Origin: Candidatus Omnitrophota bacterium
GTDB lineage: Bacteria; Omnitrophota; Gorgyraeia; Zapsychrales; Zapsychraceae
Assembly: GCA_018062515.1 (NCBI GenBank)
Contig: JAGOSC010000001.1
Location: 40,765-104,764, forward strand
DNA length: 64,000 nt
Direction: 5' to 3'
Shown: positions 38,425 through 47,400 of the stretch, piece by piece
Numbering within the stretch: position 1 is the first letter of the stretch
How the letters are laid out: the number at the start of each line of letters is the position of its first letter
Notes under the pieces: model-generated
Seen by the model: the letters and a program-made list of their open reading frames with translations, nothing else
What the model was told of the DNA's origin: nothing
The model's database searches: none
Made by a program: the position numbers and the translations under genes

Positions 38425-41400
38425 CTAGGAATTAATCCTAGAATGCAGTCGTTTTGGGTCATCACTCAGGTGCTTATACTGGAAACTATACTCTGTTGGA
38501 TTACCTTCCTGATCGACGAGGCCTAGAAGAAACGGCATATTGGTCACTGGTGTTAAATTGATAATGACGGGAATAAAACCTTCGATATTTTTGAGAAGAT
38601 CGGCTGGCTGCTGCAACATCGGCAACGGGATACCGTTACCGTCACGTTTAATTTGAAGGTCTAAAAGCTCCGGATTCAAATCAATCCCGCCGGGGGTTTC
38701 AGGATTTTTGGTATTCGACACGGGAACACCATTAACTTTCATGTCCCCACCACTCCATCCATTGAGATACAGTTTATTTTTCCAATTCTTTTGTTCACGC
38801 TGAAACTCCTTCTCGGTAAAAATCTTTTCTCTATTACTTCCACGAGAATTTTTGCGAGGCGCTAATTTGATACCCTTCTTTTCCAAAGCTGTTTCCGCTA
38901 AACGAAGCATATATTTTTTTGCTAGCCATTCATCCCATCTATATTGGATCTTCTCCGGGTGGTCATTAGAATTTTCAACCTTTAGAAGTTCCCCACGAAT
39001 CTTCTTTTTAAGTTTTTTAAGCTTTTCTAAATCTAGTACGCCATTACCTTTTATTTGGAGAGCATGCACCCATATTTGCGCATCAATCCGATGTGCTAGC
39101 AATTTCCGGTCATGAGGCGATAAGACTGTCCAGTCTTCAGCTTTCAAATTCTTTAACTGAGCAAGTTCTCTTGCGTTTAACGAGAGCAATTCATGAGTTA
39201 TCTTAGCTAAAGTCATTTTTAACATTCGCTCAATTTCTACATTTATTAGTGGTTGTTCCTCGGGGTCTACATCAAAATTAATTAGATCTTCCCATTCGTT
39301 TTCATCCTGAAAATCAGAAATCATAGCGTGATCAATTTTTTCTTTAACGCTTGATAATATTTTAGTCCATCTTTCCGACGATGGACCGATAAATTTCTCT
39401 CCACTTTCTTCTTTTATTTTCGTTTCCTGAATGCGAGCGTTAAGAATGCTGACGACAAATGATTTTAACGGCTGTTGAGAAATCCATTCAATCAATTTCT
39501 CGTCCTGAATAGCCGGATTTTCTTCAATTAAATGATTTAATTTTGAATCAAGATCGCTAAATATATCCTTCAAGAATTTAGCTAATTTTTGCTGATCAAC
39601 CGGCGTGCTTTGGGCATCAAGATAATCTAAAATCTTATTTAATTCCGCCTTCTGCTTCTCATTAAAGGCATTCAGAGTTTTATGATCAGGCAGTTCATTT
39701 TCCTCCAAAACACTTTCAATGACCAGTTCAAGTAGGTATTGAATTTCTTGTTTAAGCATCAATTCCTTATCCGGCATTTTCGAAATTTTTTCAACGATGG
39801 CTAATGAAAATTCGACAAATCCGGACGACGACCAATTAGGACTAGAGGTAAAAAATATCTTAAAATCCTCATCAATTTTACTTAATAATAAAGTTAAAAT
39901 CTGGTCAGCACTATGATTCACAACTATTAACCGCGCATTAATCCTTTTAATGAGATCCTCTGATTCAGCTGATTTTCTTTTTTGTTCAAGCTGTAAACTA
40001 GTTAGACCGCTTAAATCACTTTTTAATGCCTCTAGTTCTAAAAGCGGACGATTCTCTTTTTCCAAATACCGTGAAAGCGGCAACTCAAGTACATAACTAA
40101 AAGGTTCATATTGATATTCGATTCCTTCCTGAGATAATTTAGTGAGGAGCTTTACGGCGCTTGATTCTCCGTGCGTATGGACCCAAATTTGTGCTTGTAT
40201 ACGTGATAAAACAATCGCTATGCCTTGCAGGCTGCCAGACACATTTATATCTTCGCTTCCTGTGAGACTATTTAAACCAGCCGAAACGACTGTTACTAAA
40301 TCTTTCTGCACTTCAGAATCCAACTTCTTAATATATTCTTGATAATTTGAAAATTTGCCTTTGTCATTTCTCAAACCATTCTCAAGCACATCATTAATTT
40401 TTGTTAACTCAGTACGAGTAAGTTGCGCCAACATGTTCTGAAAAATTTGATCTTCTTGCGTGTTTTCATTCTGGGATCCGAGAATTTTTGTTACAGTCAT
40501 CCATTCTTCCAAAGAATATTTTCCTGTTTCCACCGCCGTCGGTTGTTTTCTAACTGAAGCAGGATTGTTTGGTTCAGCCGAAGGCTCATTCAATTTAATC
40601 ATATCCTTCTCGGAAAATATTTCTTCATTCTCTAAGTCATGTTCATCATGCATAATCGCTGCTTCTAAAACATACAAAAGAGGTTGATGAGGCTCAATCA
40701 TAATTCCCGCGCGAGATGTTTCGATAAGAAGCTGTAAAACGCCTAATTTCTTAAGTTCGAGTAAGCGTTTTTGGGCTTTAAATCTTCTTAAAACAATATT
40801 CCACTCGACGGGTTTATTGACCCTTAAAACTCTAAGTAAATTCTTGGGATTATTACGCCACGTTTCATATCCTTGCGACTTTTCTACTTCCAGACTGTCG
40901 ATCCCAGTCACAATCGCATTCCGGTAATTTGTCTGCTCCTCAGAAGTGAACTGGCTAAACATTCCCATTAAAGCATATTCGAGGGTTGGTTCATCATTCG
41001 TGTTCCCAAGCTCCATGATTTTAATTAACATGTCGAGCTCTTCCACGTTCAATTCATTGAGTAGTTTCTTAAATTCTTCATCAGATTTTTCACCTCTTTC
41101 CGTTAAATAGATGGGAACCATTTCCCCCGACTTATTCTCTTTATATCGATAAATAATGTGAGGTGCAGTAAGAACAACATTAATGGCATACCATTCCAAA
41201 GGTGGACGGCGGCCTTGTTTCCTCAAGGCCATCTTTTTTTCTTCCGATGCATTCACCCAATCGTTCGTTTCAGATTCATACATTTGTAATGTTTTAATCT
41301 CAATGGAGGTTAATGTCTTGACTGGTTTTGATAATAAGTCCTTAATATACGCCTTTGTGACCATCATAGCCTGATCCTCATCATGATTATCTTTTTCAAG

Positions 41401-44400
41401 AGCAAATCGGAGCATAAACAATACAGCTTCCACCTCCTCGGGAGAACGCATTGAGTAACCATAAAGCGCGTCTTGAAATTTATTAAAAACACGTGATCTC
41501 AACTTTTCTAGAGTTTCAGTTTTTCTCTCAATTTGCACAAGCACCCATAATTGAGCGGTAACACGGTCTAATAAAATCTGCCATTCTTCCGGCGCGCGAT
41601 TCCCCTTTGTTCGCTGAAACCATTCTTCCGGAGATTCTTCTTCGATCTGCTTACTTTCTCGTTTCATTTTCTCAAACTCTTGATTTTTTACTAATTCACG
41701 GCCTTTAAGCCGTAATAATTTCTTCAATTCCTGATCTTCAACCATACTCCATTCTTTATGGTTTTCGAGCGCATTCTCAAGGTTTCTCTCAATAATATCG
41801 CTTAATTCGATAAGTTCATCATGGTCTAAGTCAGTTAATTGATGACTAAATATTTCTAACGGCTGCTGCAATAATGTATCCATTAGATCCTCAGTATTCC
41901 CTTCCCCACTCTGATGATTGGCTAATAGTTCACTTAACTTCGACCAATTTCCATCATTGACCTTTTGACTTTCATTCTTCATAGCATATTCAATCAATAA
42001 TAAAAAGGGATGACTATGTATCCATTTTAAATGTTCTTTATTGGCCATTTTTGGATTATTTTCTAAGTGTTTTTCTATCATAACCAAGAATTCGTCCATT
42101 GCTGCCTTAAACGCTTCGCTTAATTGCTCTCCAGAAATTTGATGGTTTAAATTTTTTACATAAAACAATAATTCTTGTATTTTAATTCTTTGTTCCTGGT
42201 TAATTTCTTTATGAAGCTCTTTCTCTAATGCAACTTCTGCAATATATTGGAAAACATATTTAATTGGATGTTCGATATAATTTTGTTCAGAAAGCTTTTC
42301 AAGAATAATCAAGGTGTTCTCAATAAATCCTGACACAGACCAAGGATCACTATCCTTTAGGGATTCAATTAAATCTTGATCAATATATTTTAAGTACAAA
42401 AACAACAAATCATTGAGGCTTTTTTCAAAAGCCGATAGGCGCGCATTAATACGCTCATCGATCATGTTTAATTGCTCTTTGGTTATATATTCTTGTATAA
42501 AATCATTTTCGGTTTCTGTTCTTTTTTCTCGCAGTTGTTCAGAATTTAAATTGCTCAATCCATCTGATAATTCATTCAGCGATTTTTCCATTTTTGACTT
42601 TGGAATATATTGAATATATTCTTCAAATTCCTTTGATAAAGACGCTGCAAGGATATAAATAAAAGGTTGATCCATCATAGGAAAAATATTTTCGCGGATA
42701 ATTCGTGTTAAAAATTTTACACCTTTTAATGTCCCATTTTGAAGCAGCCAGATTTGCGCTTCAATACGTTGAAAAACAATTTTCAATTTTATAAAATCGC
42801 TATCCTCGTAAGATCCTGACGAATTTATAAATTGATCATTTTTTAGACTATCTATACCAGCCTGGAGTAAGTTTGTAAAATTATCCTTCAATTCCGCGTC
42901 TAAACCATCAAAATATGATTCATACTCTAATTCTTGATCATAAGTTATGCCCATAATCGCAGGCTTATATATGTCGCGCATTTCAATTAACTGTTCAACA
43001 CTAAATTGATCCAACAAAGTTCTAAAAGTCTTATCTTCTTCTGTGTTCTTAACATTTAGAGGGCCAAGAATGTCGGTGATGATCACCCATTCAGTCGCTG
43101 TGTAAGACCCTAATTCGCGTTTACTCTTCTTTTCCTTTTTTTGTTCCGGTTTACTTTCGTTTCCCTTTTCTTCAAAGTCAGTTGCAATATCCGAAGTCTC
43201 CATCCACGTGAGGAAATGGTCACTAGTAAACACATCTTTATTTTCCAAATTGGCTATACCGTACTTAATTGCTCCCTCAAGAACATATATGAAAGGCTGA
43301 TTAGTGGAAATTTCAAAACCAAAACCACCCAAACTGAAAATTTCAGCTAAACGCTGTAAAGCGGCTTCACTACCCATTTCAACCAAACGAATTTGGGCTT
43401 CAATACGTTTTAAAACAATTTCCCATGCCTCTGGATTGTAGGAGCTTAAAGCCCTAAACCAATTATCGTCCTGTTCTTTTTTAGTGCCATGATGAATTTG
43501 TAAAGCTAATGTTTCTAGGCTATCTACCCCCGAAATAATGATATTTTTAAAATCCTTGGTTTGCTCAATTATTCTTTTCGCTTCTATATAGTCTCCGTCA
43601 TTCGCATTCTGCCCTAGTTGCATGACATACTTTAATCCATCCAACTCTATAGGACTCAATTTGTTTATTAAAGACTTGAAAATAATATCAGAACTTTGAG
43701 CATGTGGTGTTGGATAGTCAGGATGAAATTCTAATAATCCTTCACCATCGTCAAATAATAATATTTCATTTGGTGAATTAAGGACAAATCCTAAAGCATA
43801 CCATTCATCAGGCGGCCGACGGTTATTTGATCGAAGCTCTGAGCGTTTCTCTTTTGAAGTATTAACCCAATCGCCGGTTTTATATTCGTATTCTTCGAGT
43901 TGATTAATCTCCGTACCCAGTAAGTGTCTGATTGGTTTTTTGAGAAGGTTCTCAAATTTAGCCTTGGAAATCATCGCCTGATCAGCTATTTTCTCATCAA
44001 GAATTTTCAACCATTTTTGAGTCGGGCGAATATACGAAACAGCTTGCCCATTTAAGCTCGGTTGTGAATCCAGAGCCTTTTTAACCAATTTTTCCAAATC
44101 TTCAAGCTGAGGCTTCTGCATGACGGCTATTGTTTGCCGGAATAAAGCGTCATTATCTTCGTCGGATATTAATTCCCGCGATATGATTTCCGGTTCTGTT
44201 GAATTTTGCCTATTCGCCACGTCAATCAACTCTTTCATGCGGGAAATATTCCATGCGGAATCTATGTCAGAATTCTCTGCCTGCAGCGGCTCGATGACCA
44301 TCAGCCTTTTTATTCCCAGCAACGGCTTACGCAACATGTTAGCACTCCCGACATCGACGTTCTTGCCATTCCGCGCCCACAATTCAATAATCTTATTCAT

Positions 44401-47400
44401 TTTTACGTCTAAATCTTTCAGCTCAGTGGAATCTAATGTCAATAATTCTTTATGCGCTTCTATCCGGTTAATGGCCCTGTGGTAATACATTAATGTTATA
44501 AATCTTTTAATCCGCTGATTATCGTCACCTATGTACCAATAATCAAGAGCGTCTTTTCCAGTTTCTAAAATATTTTTCGCTTCGTTGAAATCTTCGTTGC
44601 TCAAAGATTTTTCATTACCAGAACGATTCAACCGTGCGTTTAAAAAATAAGCCAGGTCATCCGGTAAATCAATATTACGGAGATTGGGCATTTCAACCGG
44701 TTGTTTAACCGGCTCTATTTTGTTTATCGCAGATGGATTTGATTCGAGAATCGCACTTGAAGCAACGTATTCCGATTCCATCATCCGCTCAAGCTCAGCG
44801 ATTTGACTATTGATCCATTGACTGTTTAGGCCCGCATTTAAATCCTTAAGTTTCTTGATCAAGCTCTCCAATTCAGCCAATTGCGCAAAATCTTTTTCAG
44901 AATTTGATTCTTCATTTACATTTACAGGTGAATTTTTCTTTAATTCTTCCTCAGCATGAGGCAGTTTTAGTTTTTCATCGATCCTAGACAACCATTCACC
45001 GGTAAATTTGTACTGGCCTTTTTCTATAAAGTCATTCTTTACCTGAATACTTAAACGGACTTTCTGGGTTAACAAATTTCGTATTTGTGTAAGCTGAATA
45101 AATTGTTCAGAGTTTTCATCCGAAGCCTCAGGAAATCGCCTTAATAATTTATTAAATAACTTTATTCCCTTTACCTCATTTATACTAACATCCGACAATA
45201 TCGTATTATTGTCGGAATAGTCGGGCGTATTTAGAAAAAAATTAACATGACCGATAAGTCTTTCCAGATCAAGAATGTACAAAAAGCTCTCCAATTGACC
45301 AACGCGCGGTATTGACGACGACTGACTAAAATTAACTTTCAGTTCATTTTCTAGCGCTGCTTCCGCATTTTCTTTTATGATTCTAAGCTCCAGGCGGCTC
45401 TTATCGTTCAAAGGTCTTGTCATTAAATCTTTCAAATCAGCCAACTGTGCGAAATCTTTGTTTGATTCATCAACTTTAGAGGCCGATGTCTTTCTCCTAT
45501 ACTGTCCGCTATACTCTCCGCCGATCACTTTGCTGTGCTCTACGGGTTTCGACGCAACCGTGGTTTTGTCTTGCATTTTTAACTTTTCTAAGATTCCTTC
45601 CAAAATCGATATCATTGCCTCACGTTCCCGCTTTGATTTAAGGCTAATACTATTACTTTCTTTCCTGCTAATTCCTTTTTGCCAATCATCTCTATCACTA
45701 TCCAAATTCCATTTTCCCCAGAATTGACTTATGTACCGCTTAACCTGCTCAATGTCATCTAATCCAGTTAATTTTTTAACCCCTACATATGCTTTAGTAA
45801 GGATTAACAATTTTTCTAACTCATCTTTGTCCCATGGAAATGTGATCTTCTTATGTGTAGTTTCATTAAACACGTGCGGCTCAAGTAGATATTTTAATTC
45901 TACGAGCATTTTGGGGGTTAATTGACTTAATTTATTTGCGGCATCATCAAATGATAAATGCAGCAAATCTGATAATTGCAATTCATCACTATGCCTCGGC
46001 TTTAATTTGTCATCAATCAAGGAAGACCATTTGTCAGTGAATACGTAAAAATGCGGACTCTTAAAGTGGCCAAATCTGGGATCATCAGAGTATTCGTGAC
46101 CAGCGGTTTGAACTTCCTTGGTTAATAAATCCCGTATTCGGAGCAACGGAAAAAATTGTTCCGGTTTATCTTCGGTATAATTAAGCGGAATTCGATTTAA
46201 TATCTGTAACAATATACGTTCACTCGTTTTTTCATTCACGATCACTTCAGATATTACTTTTCTATTTGTTGAATAATCAGCCGAATTCAAAAGAGAATTG
46301 ATGTGATTAATGAACCATTGCAAATCAAGAATATCCAAAAATATATCCGCTTGAACAAATGATGGTGCCTCTTCGTTTCCTGGAGCAATGAAATGCATAA
46401 AAAGTTGCTCTCTTAAGGTATTCTCAGCCTTTTCTTTAATGGATCTAAGTTCCTCGCGGGTCTTGTCATTCAAAGGTGTTGCCATTAAATATTTCAAATC
46501 CGTCACCTGAGCTTGACTTTTATCTAAAGACGTGTCCACATCCCTTTCCGCAGCGATCATGGCCGCATCGGCTTTCAATTTCATCTGAATTTCAGATAAC
46601 TTTGCCACCCATCGATCTCTTGACCATAGGTAATGCTCTTCCAAATATTCTTTAAGAACATCGGTCTGTTCTTCGGGTTTATGTACCATCCAGTACCGGT
46701 TTTTGAGTTCAATTTTTACTATTTTTTCCAGCTCTTTAAGTTCCAGCGGATTCGATTCCGCAATCGGTTTATTCAATAATCGCTTTGTCGACTCGGAAAA
46801 TCTCTTTGCTGTAGCGGCGATTCGTGCTTCTTCCTCTTGAGATAACATAGACTGATCGACGGATGAAGATTTTTGAGGAATAAAAACAGTAATTTTCGGA
46901 TTATCTTTATGATGAGTATCGTTATTCTCGTCGAAAAGAACACGAAAATACATTGGAATTTTTTTATTGATGAGCTCTTGGTATAACTTATGACTAATAT
47001 AAATTTTCTCAACTTCCCAATTTTTTGCGTCTGAAGTTGTGTTAGAAAATTTTAGATAGTTTTGTACGTCAGGATCATTTTTATCGACCTTTTTAAAAGT
47101 TTCTTTACGGAAAACTTGCCTTACTTTGTCTTCAACGACTGCTTCTTCTTTCATAAATTTATTTTGAAAAATAACTCTGGTTCTTTGACTGGGCAGACTC
47201 CATAGTATCCTAAGGTGGTCATTCCTGAAGTTCTCATGAATTTTACCACTCCAACTAAAATTAATTGGTTTACTGCTTTTCGCTTTTTCCTCTCTCGCTT
47301 TTATTTTTCCTTTTATTTTTTCTTCATCCCTTTTCGTTAACGCGCTCATAGTGGCTTGGTCCGAGCCGGCTTGATTTTGTTTTTCATCAGCCGTCATCGC

